DNA from: Bryobacterales bacterium | GTDB taxonomy: Bacteria; Acidobacteriota; Terriglobia; Bryobacterales; UBA6623 | DNA: 64,000 nt | Reading direction: 5' to 3' | NCBI GenBank assembly: GCA_965200705.1 | Contig: OZ241376.1 | Location: 2,569,844 to 2,633,843 of the forward strand | Shown: positions 40,015 through 48,991 of the stretch, one piece after another | How the letters are laid out: each line of letters begins with the position of its first letter | Position numbering within the stretch: the stretch's first letter is position 1 | The notes under the pieces: model-generated | The model's input: only the letters and a program-made list of their open reading frames with translations | Database searches by the model: none | What the model was told of the DNA's origin: nothing | Translations under genes and position numbers: made by a program

Positions 40015-40737
40015 CTAGGGTTCCCTTCTCTCCCACCAGTGCTGCGCACCAAACGGCGTGGTGCGGACTCTGCGGATGTAGTCCTCGTACTCTGTGCCGT
40101 CGACAGCGCCATCCGACGGGTCGGCCACGAAGCGTCCGGGCCTGAACTCGCTCCCGATCCGGTAGCGGCCGGTCGAGGAAACACTGCGGGCGGAGTCGGC
40201 CCGCGTGGGTGGTGCTCGCCGGCTGAACGCACGAGAAGGCGTGACTCCACGGCTGGACTCCCGCAGGTCAGCCGTCGCTACCGACATGGTTCGCCCGTCC
40301 CTCGAGAGCACCAGTGCGTTTCGCTCGATCCGCTCCAGGACGTATCCACCGACCCGCTCGCCGGGCTGAGTCCACTCCCAGTCCGAGTTCGGCCCTTCAG
40401 CTAGCAGTGCGGCCGGTCCCGCCCCAAGATCAGCGACGCCCCGCAGAACAGGGAGGCGGATCGTAGACTTGGAGGCGGTCAGCACACTCTGGTCGACCTC
40501 CCCTGCGGTGGGGCTTCGATCTGTGGAGAAGAGCAGCCGCTCGACGATCGCTTGGTAGTCCTCGGGACGCACAGTCGCTTCCCGGTCCGGCTTGACACGA
40601 GGCGGGCTGCCCGCAGCGGAGATTGGCTCTTCGAACAGCTCCCAGCGTTTGGCCGCGTCGCTGACTTCAACGGCGAGCTTGACGCCCATGACCGCCAGAA
40701 GAGCGGCCAATGCAAGGTTGAGAGCCCTGGGCTTCAC
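40015..40737 (-). CDS. T2SS GspC/XpsN-like (PilP-like HR domain) inner-membrane protein
   Basis: N-terminal TM helix LNLALAALLAVMGVKLAV. The segment GERVGGYVLERIERNALVLSRDGRTMSV resembles the GspC/PilP homology region. Its position is directly upstream of gspD. No PDZ domain seen. Confidence 0.4.
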   Translation of the reverse strand: MKPRALNLALAALLAVMGVKLAVEVSDAAKRWELFEEPISAAGSPPRVKPDREATVRPEDYQAIVERLLFSTDRSPTAGEVDQSVLTASKSTIRLPVLRGVADLGAGPAALLAEGPNSDWEWTQPGERVGGYVLERIERNALVLSRDGRTMSVATADLRESSRGVTPSRAFSRRAPPTRADSARSVSSTGRYRIGSEFRPGRFVADPSDGAVDGTEYEDYIRRVRTTPFGAQHWWERREP

Positions 40738-41327
40738 AGGTCCGTCCCCTGTCCGTCGGCCATGCCATCCGCGGGTCGCAGGTAGCCCTCCACGGTCAAG
40801 TTCACCCTCACCGCTTTCGTCCGTGCCTCTCCCAGGCCAACCTCCAGCCTCCGCGTCGCAAGGATCGGCTCGGCGTTGGCAAGACCGGCCATGAAAGCCA
40901 CGAACTGGTCGATCTGGCAGGTGAAGACCACGCCCAGAGGGATCGTCAGGTACGGAGCTTCGGCATCTGGGGCCTCGAAAGTCGATCGCTCAAGATCGAT
41001 GCCCTCAGTGCCAAGCAACTCGGTCACGATCGACCGGAGTTCGGCCTGCGCAAGGGCTGTCGTGGCGGACTGGAGGAGGCGACCCTCCAGCAGTTGGCTC
41101 TCCCGCAGGCTTGCCACTTCCGTGTCGTCCAAGCCCGACTGACGCTCGCTGAGATCCCTGGCAAGCAGGTGGCGCTGCTCTAGCGCTTCGATCGCCTCTG
41201 GGCTGACAGCATGGTAGGCAGTTGACCATGCGTCGCTCCCCTTCCAAATCCCAGCGAGCACCAGTGCGCAGCCAAGGACCACCAGCGCACGTCGATCACG
41301 GCGCTCGAGACTTGCGAGGTTCCTCAT
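40734..41327 (-). CDS. T2SS GspM/PilO-like protein
   Basis: Single N-terminal TM helix (RALVVLGCALVLAGIW), a coiled-coil region, 197 aa. The call rests on position between the L-like and C-like genes. Start and stop overlap both neighbours (4 nt each). Confidence 0.45.
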   Translation of the reverse strand: MRNLASLERRDRRALVVLGCALVLAGIWKGSDAWSTAYHAVSPEAIEALEQRHLLARDLSERQSGLDDTEVASLRESQLLEGRLLQSATTALAQAELRSIVTELLGTEGIDLERSTFEAPDAEAPYLTIPLGVVFTCQIDQFVAFMAGLANAEPILATRRLEVGLGEARTKAVRVNLTVEGYLRPADGMADGQGTDL

Positions 41328-42694
41328 CGTCGCCGCGCCTCGATCTGGAAGAGTTCGCCTACGCGACCCGACACAGGAGCCTTGACGAAACGTGACGACG
41401 AGAGCGCGTCAGTGCCGTCCAGCGTGGCCAGCAGCGGGTCGGCGTCTTCCGCCACTCCGCTAAGGAGGGCTGTTTCGTCGTCCAGGACCAGAGCCGTCAG
41501 CCACGCCGATGTTGGCAGCGACGCGGAGATCTCTTGAATCGTGGAGAGATCTTCCGCGACACGCTCTCGGCGTTCGCGCAACCACGCTGCTTTGGCCTTG
41601 ACTGCTGACTCGTTGGCGAGCCGCTGGCTGCCGACGGCCGTGGATGCCTCGAGCGCCGCGGTCTTCTCCTGCAGTGCGCGGGCGTAGCTGGCGTTCTGCA
41701 GTGCAGGTCTCACCGCGAGCCCTCCGGCCAAGAAGACGACCCCTGCCGCAATGGTCATCGTCTGGGCATAGGGGCCGAGGCCCTGTCTGCTGCGTTTGGC
41801 GGGCGGAAGCAGGGGCAGTCCGAACCCGCGGGATGGACGAGCGGCCTCGATCGCTGTTCCATACGCCACGGCATCGCGCGCCAGGTCGAAGTCTCCCGGG
41901 GAGGAAGCGGGTCGTTTAAGAATTTCGGCGACCGGTACGCTGGGCTGTCCGTGAGGAAGCGCCCCCGCTTCGCCATCTCCGGTGAACGCCATCAGCATTG
42001 GACCTTCATCTCCCGCCGAGAGGTCATCTCTCGCTGACTGCAGGGCCCATCCGACCGACGCCGTGTCGGCATCGAGCGCCGCGCTCCAGGGTTGGTTGCT
42101 GCTGGACTGTCCGTACAGTTCAACGTGAGGGCCCTCAACGTCCGCAATCAGGAACGCCGGCGTTGCCGGCATCTTGTCTCGGTGGGTCACAGCGCGCAGC
42201 GCGGAGGGCGAAACCGTGCAACCGGCGAGCGGAACGCCGGCGGCTCTGAACCGGTCGGCGTACGCTTCGATGCGGCTGGAGAGCGTCACGGCAACGGCCG
42301 TGCGACGCTTGCCGCCACTGTCCGACGCCTCACCCACGTCGGCTGCGGCATGGATGATCGGAGCGTCCCCAAATGGATGCAGTTCGTCTAGCTGCCACTC
42401 GATTGCCGCGTTGCGGTCCGCCCGTGGCATCGGGGGCAGATCCACAGTGCGCCAGATCACATCCCTGCGGGGAATGCACAGGACCGTCGGCGCACGGGAC
42501 AGCCCGCATTGCCTGAGAAAGCCCCTGAACTCGGCGCCCCAGCTGGCGGGCTCTCTGGACCGGTACGACGGGATGCGGTAGCGTCCGGCAACTGCGACCC
42601 CCTTGGGTCCGAGCTTCACGGCCACTGCGACGAGGTCATCGCCGCGGACTGCAACGCCGCAACCCGTCCCCCAAGGAAGAATCTCGCGCAGCAT
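41324..42694 (-). CDS. T2SS GspL-like (PilM-like cytoplasmic domain + TM + PilN-like periplasmic region) protein
   Basis: 456 aa, with one central TM helix (MTIAAGVVFLAGGLAV) separating two soluble halves. The call is based on position in the operon and on topology, not on motifs. Confidence 0.5.
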   Translation of the reverse strand: MLREILPWGTGCGVAVRGDDLVAVAVKLGPKGVAVAGRYRIPSYRSREPASWGAEFRGFLRQCGLSRAPTVLCIPRRDVIWRTVDLPPMPRADRNAAIEWQLDELHPFGDAPIIHAAADVGEASDSGGKRRTAVAVTLSSRIEAYADRFRAAGVPLAGCTVSPSALRAVTHRDKMPATPAFLIADVEGPHVELYGQSSSNQPWSAALDADTASVGWALQSARDDLSAGDEGPMLMAFTGDGEAGALPHGQPSVPVAEILKRPASSPGDFDLARDAVAYGTAIEAARPSRGFGLPLLPPAKRSRQGLGPYAQTMTIAAGVVFLAGGLAVRPALQNASYARALQEKTAALEASTAVGSQRLANESAVKAKAAWLRERRERVAEDLSTIQEISASLPTSAWLTALVLDDETALLSGVAEDADPLLATLDGTDALSSSRFVKAPVSGRVGELFQIEARRR

Positions 42695-42710
42695 CAGACG
42701 ATCCCGTTCG

Positions 42711-43646
42711 TCAGTGGACCTGCTCGAACCAGCGATCGACGCGCAGCAGGCCGTCAGGCCCGCGCGCGACAGTCGCAGCCACGCGGCGCTCGGCTCGGGC
42801 TCCCCGCACCGTGCCAGTGGATGTCACGCTCCACACGGAGACATCGCTGTTCCATCCAAGAGGCGCGAGTCGCGCCGCCGCTACCGCTGCCTTGGCCAGC
42901 GCGTCGCCTGGCTGGAGTGGAGCCTGCTGTCTAGCCGACACCACCCGCTGTGCGAGTGGTCGATCCAGGCCTGCGGCGACAAGCACGTTTGCTGACGCGG
43001 CGTTGAGGTTTACGGTTGCCGGACCACGGGTGCGGAGATGCCGTTCCATTCCCTCGACCCGTTGCAAGCTCGAATCGCCGTCCTCGGTCCGGTTGCGTTG
43101 GCGATAAGTCCCATGGAACAGGTCCGACGTCATGCTTTGGACCGACAGCAATTCCTCAACCACTTGTATAGACGCCGTCCGGGGACCGAAAGACGACCGA
43201 TCTGCGCCAACGTCCGAGATCGCACGCGGCCTAGCCCGCCGGTACATGAGGATGCCCCTAGCGATCGCCCTTGCATCGCCGGGCGCGGCTCCCGCACTGG
43301 TGGCGAGGCGAGATAGGGACTGTTCGCTGGCTCGATTGACGTTGAGACGGCCATCCTGGGGCTCGATCGACACTTCGACATCGCCCGCTTCCAGCGAGTA
43401 GCGACGGGTGCTGGGGATGTCCGTCATGGCTGACGATGCGCTGCCGTCTTCGCTCAACACGGCTTCGATTCCGCCGCGCGCTAGGAAGTAGGCCTGCAGT
43501 GAGTCGCTTGCCAGAGAGGCGCGGTCCACCGCCGTCCCGCTAGCCTCCGCCAACGTGAAGGCAACGGTGGCCAGTAGCACGATCGCCCCGAGGACCGCTA
43601 CTAGCGCGGCACCTCGGTCCCGACGTTGACGCGACGCTATTGCCAC
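42711..43646 (-). CDS. gspK: T2SS minor pseudopilin GspK-like
   Basis: Prepilin-like N-terminus RGAALVAVLGAIVLLATVAF lacks Glu at +5, as expected for GspK. There is a large globular domain and HhH-like VNLNAASANVLVAAGL. GTG 43646 was chosen (10-nt overlap with the upstream stop). The ORF extends to 43730. Confidence 0.6.
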   Translation of the reverse strand: MAIASRQRRDRGAALVAVLGAIVLLATVAFTLAEASGTAVDRASLASDSLQAYFLARGGIEAVLSEDGSASSAMTDIPSTRRYSLEAGDVEVSIEPQDGRLNVNRASEQSLSRLATSAGAAPGDARAIARGILMYRRARPRAISDVGADRSSFGPRTASIQVVEELLSVQSMTSDLFHGTYRQRNRTEDGDSSLQRVEGMERHLRTRGPATVNLNAASANVLVAAGLDRPLAQRVVSARQQAPLQPGDALAKAAVAAARLAPLGWNSDVSVWSVTSTGTVRGARAERRVAATVARGPDGLLRVDRWFEQVH

Positions 43647-44329
43647 AGGGCCGCCTCGCCGGGTCTGCCCGATGCTGCGGGGATGAGGATCGTCAACGTC
43701 TCGCTCCGGCCGTCGGCCGCCCGAGACCACTCAATCTGGACAGCATCCGGCAGCGTTGGTCGACTATGCCAACGGTCGGTCCATGCGCTGGTTGCCAAAG
43801 GATCGCCGCCCGACTCCAAGTAGCGGAATTCGATGCCTGAAAGCCCCTCCCACAGAGTGCGGCTATGACCGGATCGTGAGGGCTCAGCCGGCGGACTGCC
43901 CGATGTGGGCATAGGGGTCCAGGGCGAGTCCTCGAGGATCAATCGGAGCTCGCCGGGGTCGCCGACGGTTCGCAGCGTGAGCCTCCGCATGCCAGCGCTC
44001 CACCCAGCAATCGGCGAGTGCGATGTGACGAGGCGCAGGCTACGATCCGTGCCATCGAAGAACGGGACCCAGCCACTTCGGCGATCCGGGTGTGGCACGG
44101 GCACGCTGGACGCGATCGCCTCGTGGAGACCAACAACGGCATTGGCCGCTTCTCGGTTCCGGTGCAGTGTTTCTCGCGTGTCGAACCAGGCCCCGATCCC
44201 AGTGCCCGTGACAGCCAGAACACCCGTTGACACTAGCCCGAGGAGACCGATTGCGATGACGACTTCCAGCAGCGTGTGTCCGGCCGCTGGTGGGTGCGTG
44301 CGGTGATCCGAATCCGCTCGGCGGCTCAT
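43637..44329 (-). CDS. T2SS minor pseudopilin GspJ-like
   Basis: Prepilin-type N-terminus AAG|HTLLEVVIAIGLLGLV with Glu at +5. 230 aa. Position between the I-like and K-like genes. Confidence 0.55.
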   Translation of the reverse strand: MSRRADSDHRTHPPAAGHTLLEVVIAIGLLGLVSTGVLAVTGTGIGAWFDTRETLHRNREAANAVVGLHEAIASSVPVPHPDRRSGWVPFFDGTDRSLRLVTSHSPIAGWSAGMRRLTLRTVGDPGELRLILEDSPWTPMPTSGSPPAEPSRSGHSRTLWEGLSGIEFRYLESGGDPLATSAWTDRWHSRPTLPDAVQIEWSRAADGRSETLTILIPAASGRPGEAALWQ

Positions 44330-44712
44330 GGTCCTGAAGCCCTCCGGTAGGCGTCAAGGCGGATGGACCTTCGCTCACTCTCGACGCGCCACCAAACCAC
44401 CATGCGCAACCGTAGGACACGACCGCCCCTAGCGTCGGCTGGGAACTGCTCCGCCCAGTCCGCGTAGACCTCCCAGCTGTATCCGTCCGCGTTGTGCTCC
44501 CCTCCGCGCTCGCCGGCTGTCAGCAGAGGGGAGGCGAGGATCGCATTCATGCGGCTCCTTGCGAACAGCGCGGCTCGTTCGTGGTCACGCGCCGTTGACG
44601 CGGCCGCGATGGATTGGCCAATGGACCCGAGGATGCCGACGGAGGCGATGCCCAGCAGCGTGGTTGCGGCGATCACCTCGATGAGTGAAAAGCCACTCTC
44701 CCGACGTGTCAT
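44326..44712 (-). CDS. T2SS minor pseudopilin GspI-like
   Basis: Prepilin-type N-terminus ESG|FSLIEVIAATTLLGIA with Glu at +5. 128 aa. Confidence 0.6.
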   Translation of the reverse strand: MTRRESGFSLIEVIAATTLLGIASVGILGSIGQSIAAASTARDHERAALFARSRMNAILASPLLTAGERGGEHNADGYSWEVYADWAEQFPADARGGRVLRLRMVVWWRVESERRSIRLDAYRRASGP

Positions 44713-45149
44713 CGGCCATTCCAGTCGCGCGGTCTGCCCGACATCGGATCCACCTCGAATCCCCGAGCGGACGAGTCACGTGTGGCGAGGGCGAGCTTCA
44801 GCGGCGGCAGCGAGCTCCCTGGCCGCAGGATGACTGCAACGCTGCCTGTCGGCTCAACCATTCGGAGGGGAGAACGGAACTCGATCTCCCGCTGCCAATT
44901 GCCATCGGACCGCACCGCCTCGAGGTGCCCTGCCGACGGATCGACGCGAAGCAGGACGGGCTGCCGATGTCGGTCCGCGTGCTGCTGAGCACGGAGCAGG
45001 AGCTGTGCTGCCCGCTCGGCACCGGTGCGGACTCGAACACCGTCCAAGGCCCGGTCCACCGTGGGGAACGCTATCGCCAAGGCGAGTGTCGCCAGCGTGG
45101 TCGCAGCCACGAGCTCCAAGAGCGTCGTACCCGCTGTTGCGCTCCTCAT
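44709..45149 (-). CDS. T2SS minor pseudopilin GspH-like
   Basis: Prepilin-type N-terminus TAG|TTLLELVAATTLATLALAIA with Glu at +5. 146 aa. Confidence 0.55.
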   Translation of the reverse strand: MRSATAGTTLLELVAATTLATLALAIAFPTVDRALDGVRVRTGAERAAQLLLRAQQHADRHRQPVLLRVDPSAGHLEAVRSDGNWQREIEFRSPLRMVEPTGSVAVILRPGSSLPPLKLALATRDSSARGFEVDPMSGRPRDWNGR

Positions 45150-45162
45150 CCGGTCCCCGCAG

Positions 45163-45564
45163 TCACTCCCAGCTCACGACATCCTCTGCGCTCTCTGTAC
45201 CGCCCACCTGCCCGTCGGAACCGTACGAGAGCACTTCCGGTCCGGGTCCGTGCTCGCCGATGTGGCGGTACACGTACGGGTTCCCCCATGGATCGTCGGG
45301 TATGCGCTTGTCGAGGTAGGGTCGGATCGCGCCGAGGCCCTCTTCGTCCGTCGGGTACCGAGCCTCGTCGAGGTTGTACCGCTGGAGGGCGGTCATGAAG
45401 GAGGCGATCTGGGCTCGAGCCGCAGCTCGGCGGCCTTGGTCGCTCACGGGGCCGAGCTGCTGCCAGGCGATTGCGGCAAAGAGGGCCATGATCGTGATCG
45501 TGACCAGCATCTCGATCAGGGTCACGCCGCGTTCATGGACGGAGGCGCGACGGCGTGTCGTCAT
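45163..45564 (-). CDS. gspG: T2SS major pseudopilin
   Basis: Prepilin N-terminus ERG|VTLIEMLVTITIMALFAAIA, plus the GspG-typical ARAQIASFMTALQRY and DPWGNPYVY. Confidence 0.85.
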   Translation of the reverse strand: MTTRRRASVHERGVTLIEMLVTITIMALFAAIAWQQLGPVSDQGRRAAARAQIASFMTALQRYNLDEARYPTDEEGLGAIRPYLDKRIPDDPWGNPYVYRHIGEHGPGPEVLSYGSDGQVGGTESAEDVVSWE

Positions 45565-46785
45565 TCAGAACCCCACTCGTTGGATGGTAGACAGAGCGAG
45601 CAGCGTACCGAGCACGAGAATGCCGACAGCAATGGCCATCAGCAAGATCGCCATCGGTTCGAGGAGGGCAAGAGTCCGTCTCACGGACTCCCGTGTCTGC
45701 CGCTCGTAGACGGTGGCGATGCGATCGAACATCCGATCGAGGTGCCCGGTCTCCTCGCCGATGACCAGGAGTTGGCTGGCAAGCGGAGGGAACGCGCCGC
45801 TTCGCATGATCGCCGCGGACACGCGGTCGCCACGTCGGACGGCTGTCCGCACGGGTTCCAGTGCCGCTGAGATTGCTCGATTCGACACCAAGTCATTGGC
45901 GATGCCGAGGGCCTGCAGCATCGGCACTGCAGCCGACAGCAGGGTCGCCATTGCACGGGCGAACCGTGCCGTTGAAGCTCTACGCACGAGAGGGCCGAGA
46001 CCAGGCATCCGCAGCACCGCTGTGTCGAGAACGGCGCGGCCCGACTCAGTCCTGAGCCAGGTGTACACGCCAACGGCCGTAAGCCCCGGGGCCAAGAACA
46101 AGGCCAGCCACCAGTCATGGACGAGGACGGCGGCCCCGGCTAGCGTGCGGGGCAGCCAGGAAAGCTCCGCCTCCACTCCTTCGATGACGTTGATCCACTG
46201 CGGCAGGACGAACCGAGCAGTCAGTGCGAGCGAGATGCATCCAACAGCAATCAGGAGCGCAGGGTAGGCCAAGGCCGACAGCACCTCGCCACGAATCTCC
46301 TCCCGGTGGCGCTCGAAGGCCGCGAGCCGTCGCATCACCTCTGGAAGCGCACCAGACAACTCGCCCGCTCTTGCCATGCTGACGTGAAGCGTCGAGAACC
46401 GATCGGGCTGGAGGGACATGGCGTCGGCAAAGCTCTCGCCTCCCCGCACAGCCGACAATACAGCCCGCGCGGCGGCGCCCTCGCGTGCAGACTCGGCGGA
46501 GTCTGCGGTGATATCGAGGGCGCGAGCCAGGGGCACCTCGGATTCGAGCAGGGTGGCTATGTCTTCCATGAACCGGAGACTTCCACGTGGCTTCTGCAGC
46601 CCAAGACTGCTGTACCGGACACCCGCCTCGCTCCGCGCGGCCCCGACATAGGTGGCGAGCAGTCCTCGTCCGCGCAGATCCCTAGCGGCGGTGCGTTCGT
46701 CCGCAGCTTCGATGACCCCGCTTCGCGCGGTACCGTCCGGGGCGACTGCCTTGAAGCGAAACGTGTCCACAGGCGGGCCTAGCAA
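45565..46785 (-). CDS. gspF: T2SS inner-membrane platform protein
   Basis: 406 aa with a duplicated T2SSF-type domain architecture. The N-terminus FRFKAVAPDGTARSGVIEAADERTAARDLRGRGL is typical of GspF/PilC. Confidence 0.9.
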   Translation of the reverse strand: MLGPPVDTFRFKAVAPDGTARSGVIEAADERTAARDLRGRGLLATYVGAARSEAGVRYSSLGLQKPRGSLRFMEDIATLLESEVPLARALDITADSAESAREGAAARAVLSAVRGGESFADAMSLQPDRFSTLHVSMARAGELSGALPEVMRRLAAFERHREEIRGEVLSALAYPALLIAVGCISLALTARFVLPQWINVIEGVEAELSWLPRTLAGAAVLVHDWWLALFLAPGLTAVGVYTWLRTESGRAVLDTAVLRMPGLGPLVRRASTARFARAMATLLSAAVPMLQALGIANDLVSNRAISAALEPVRTAVRRGDRVSAAIMRSGAFPPLASQLLVIGEETGHLDRMFDRIATVYERQTRESVRRTLALLEPMAILLMAIAVGILVLGTLLALSTIQRVGF

Positions 46786-46788
46786 AGG

Positions 46789-48449
46789 TCAGCGCTCCTG
46801 CGTGGCGTCAAGCACCTCTTCCACGCTCGTGAGGCCTTGCTCCACCCTGCTCCATCCGTTGGCCTGGAGCCGGCGGAATTCCGCGGGGGCCACCGCGGTG
46901 CCGATGTCGCGGAGATCGCTTCGCTCCGTGATGGCCCGCCGCACCGGCTCGTCGACTTCGAAGAGCTCGAAGATACCGATGCGACCTCGGTAGCCTGCCC
47001 TCTGCAATGTTCGCAGCCCACGGCTTTCCAGCAGTTGACAGTCCGGCCGTCCGGAACAGCGACTGGCCGGGAGGGTGCGCGACAGTGCGTGCACAGCAGC
47101 CGGACCAGGCGCTGGGCCATCACCGCCACGAGTGACGACGCGATCAGATAGCGCTCGACCCCCATGTCTGCCAGCCGTGCCACCGCGCTGGGTGCGTCGT
47201 TCGTGTGCAGCGTCGCGCAGACCAGATGTCCCGTCAGGGCGGCTCGAACCGCGATCTCCGCGGTCTCCTGGTCGCGGATCTCGCCCACCATGATCACGTC
47301 GGGATCCTGCCGCACGATGTGGCGGAGGCCAGCGGCGAACGTGAGGCCGATGGCTGGGTTGACGTGAATCTGGCTCACCCCTGCAATCCGGTACTCGACT
47401 GGATCCTCGATCGTGACGATCTTGCGGGTTGGGGAGTTAATGCGTCGCAGTGCGGCGTGCAGCGTTGTTGTCTTGCCGCTGCCGGTCGGACCAGTGACGA
47501 GAAGCAGCCCGTGCGGAAGTGATGCCAGCCGCTCCATCCGTGCGAGCAGGCCCTCGTCGAGGCCGAGCGCCTCCAGCGTGAAGCTGTGGGAAGCGGCGTG
47601 ATCAAGGAGTCGCATGGCTAGCGACTCGCCATGGAGGGTCGGTAGCGTCGCCACGCGCAGATCCAGCTCACGCCCCAAGGCCTTCATGGCGATTCGGCCG
47701 TCCTGGGGCAGCCTGCGTTCGGCGATGTCGAGTCCGGCCAGAAGTTTCAGCCTCGAGACGACCGGCGCCCTCAGCCGGGCAGGTGGAGCTGGCCTGTCCT
47801 CCAGTGCGCCGTCGATGCGAACCCGCACGCGGAATGCATCGCTGAGCGGCTCAAGATGGATGTCGCTGGCCCTGTCCTCAAGAGCTCGGGTGATCAGGGC
47901 GTTCACGAATCGGACCACCGGTGCGTCCGAGGCGAGATCCTGCAGGTGCTCGATGCTGGTCGTGTCCCTGCGTGCCGGGCCGGCGTCCGGGACCAGCCCG
48001 TATCGCTCGTCGATCGCGGCCAAGATGTCCGGTTCGGTCGCCAGTACCGGCGTCACGGGCATGCTGGTCAGGCTTTGGATGCTGGAGAGCGTCTCTAGGT
48101 CGAGAGGATCCGCGATCGCAACTTGCAGCCCGCGCTCTCCTTCCGCCACGGGCATGCAACGAAACTGGCGCAGGAACCCTGCCGGTATCTCGGTGGTTGG
48201 CGGTAGCCCGCGGCCGAGCTCCTCGCCCCGCAGGAAAGGCAGGCCGAACTGCTCAGCCTGCGCCGCAAGCACGTCCGACTGTCTCGCGAACCCAAGGTCA
48301 ACGAGGAGGCGTCCCAGACGCCCACCGTGCTCACGCTGCAGCGCAAGTGCCCGGTCCAGATCCTCACTGGTGACACAGCCGCGCTCGACAAGGCGCTGCC
48401 CCAGTGCCATCGGCTGGGCGGCGTTCCTGTCCGCTGCGGATTCCGGCAT
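46789..48449 (-). pseudogene. gspE: T2SS ATPase GspE interrupted by a single-base frameshift near 46997 (true pseudogene or assembly error)
   Basis: The long frame (ORF 46779-48575) carries a T2SSE_N/MshEN-like N-domain, Walker A GPTGSGKTTT, and the CxxC...CxxC zinc motif (CTHC...CEHC), then turns into low-complexity sequence. The conserved GspE C-terminus GYRGRIGIFELFEV...GLTSVEEVLDATQ is in the other frame (ORF 46789-47094), which ends 3 nt before the gspF start. ATG 48449 was chosen as the start. Confidence 0.8.
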
Positions 48450-48478
48450 GGCGATCGTGACGCGGTTTCGGCTCGTCC

Positions 48479-48991
48479 TCAGTAGTGCCTCGTGACCAGC
48501 ATCGACTCGTTGGACAGATCTCCACGGGCGGCGCCCATTACGACTTGGCTTGGAAGCCCAGTGCGGTCTTCCCACGGAAAGTGGAACAGTGAGACCGCCA
48601 GTGCCACTTGGAGGTCGGGCTTGAGATCCGAGAGCGTGGGACCCTCCTCGACCAGCAGTCTGCGCATGGTCCTTCGCAGTCCATCCAGCATCTGGCGCTT
48701 GCGTTCGTTCAATGCTTGGATCTCGGCGGCGGTGTAGGATCTGCGGAACGGACTTAGGTTGGCGGTCGGCACCAGATTCACTTCGACCGAGAACACGGCT
48801 CCGTAGCCGGGCAGGTAGATGCCGCGCGTAACGCCCACGGCAGTCGCGCGGTCGGTGCCGGTCGGGCGGAAGCTGCGGTCCACTGCCGCCTCCACGTTTT
48901 CGATCTGTCGGACCAGGTTTGGCTCGAGGAGCTCCATGTCGGCCGGCCAGAGCGGCAGGGCGACGACCGCAAGGGCGAGTAGGCGTCTCAC
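48479..48991 (-). CDS. hypothetical secreted protein (170 aa), translationally coupled to the anti-sigma gene
   Basis: The GTG start overlaps the anti-sigma TGA (GTGA at 48988-48991). Signal-like MRRLLALAVVALPLWPA. No family recognised. Confidence 0.5.
   Translation of the reverse strand: MRRLLALAVVALPLWPADMELLEPNLVRQIENVEAAVDRSFRPTGTDRATAVGVTRGIYLPGYGAVFSVEVNLVPTANLSPFRRSYTAAEIQALNERKRQMLDGLRRTMRRLLVEEGPTLSDLKPDLQVALAVSLFHFPWEDRTGLPSQVVMGAARGDLSNESMLVTRHY

Noticed and set aside
46985-47010. Programmed -1 ribosomal frameshifting as the explanation for the gspE frame change.
   Set aside because: The junction (C AGA GGG CAG) is not an X-XXY-YYZ slippery heptamer, and I see no obvious downstream stimulatory structure. 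A simple indel (mutation or assembly error) is more parsimonious.
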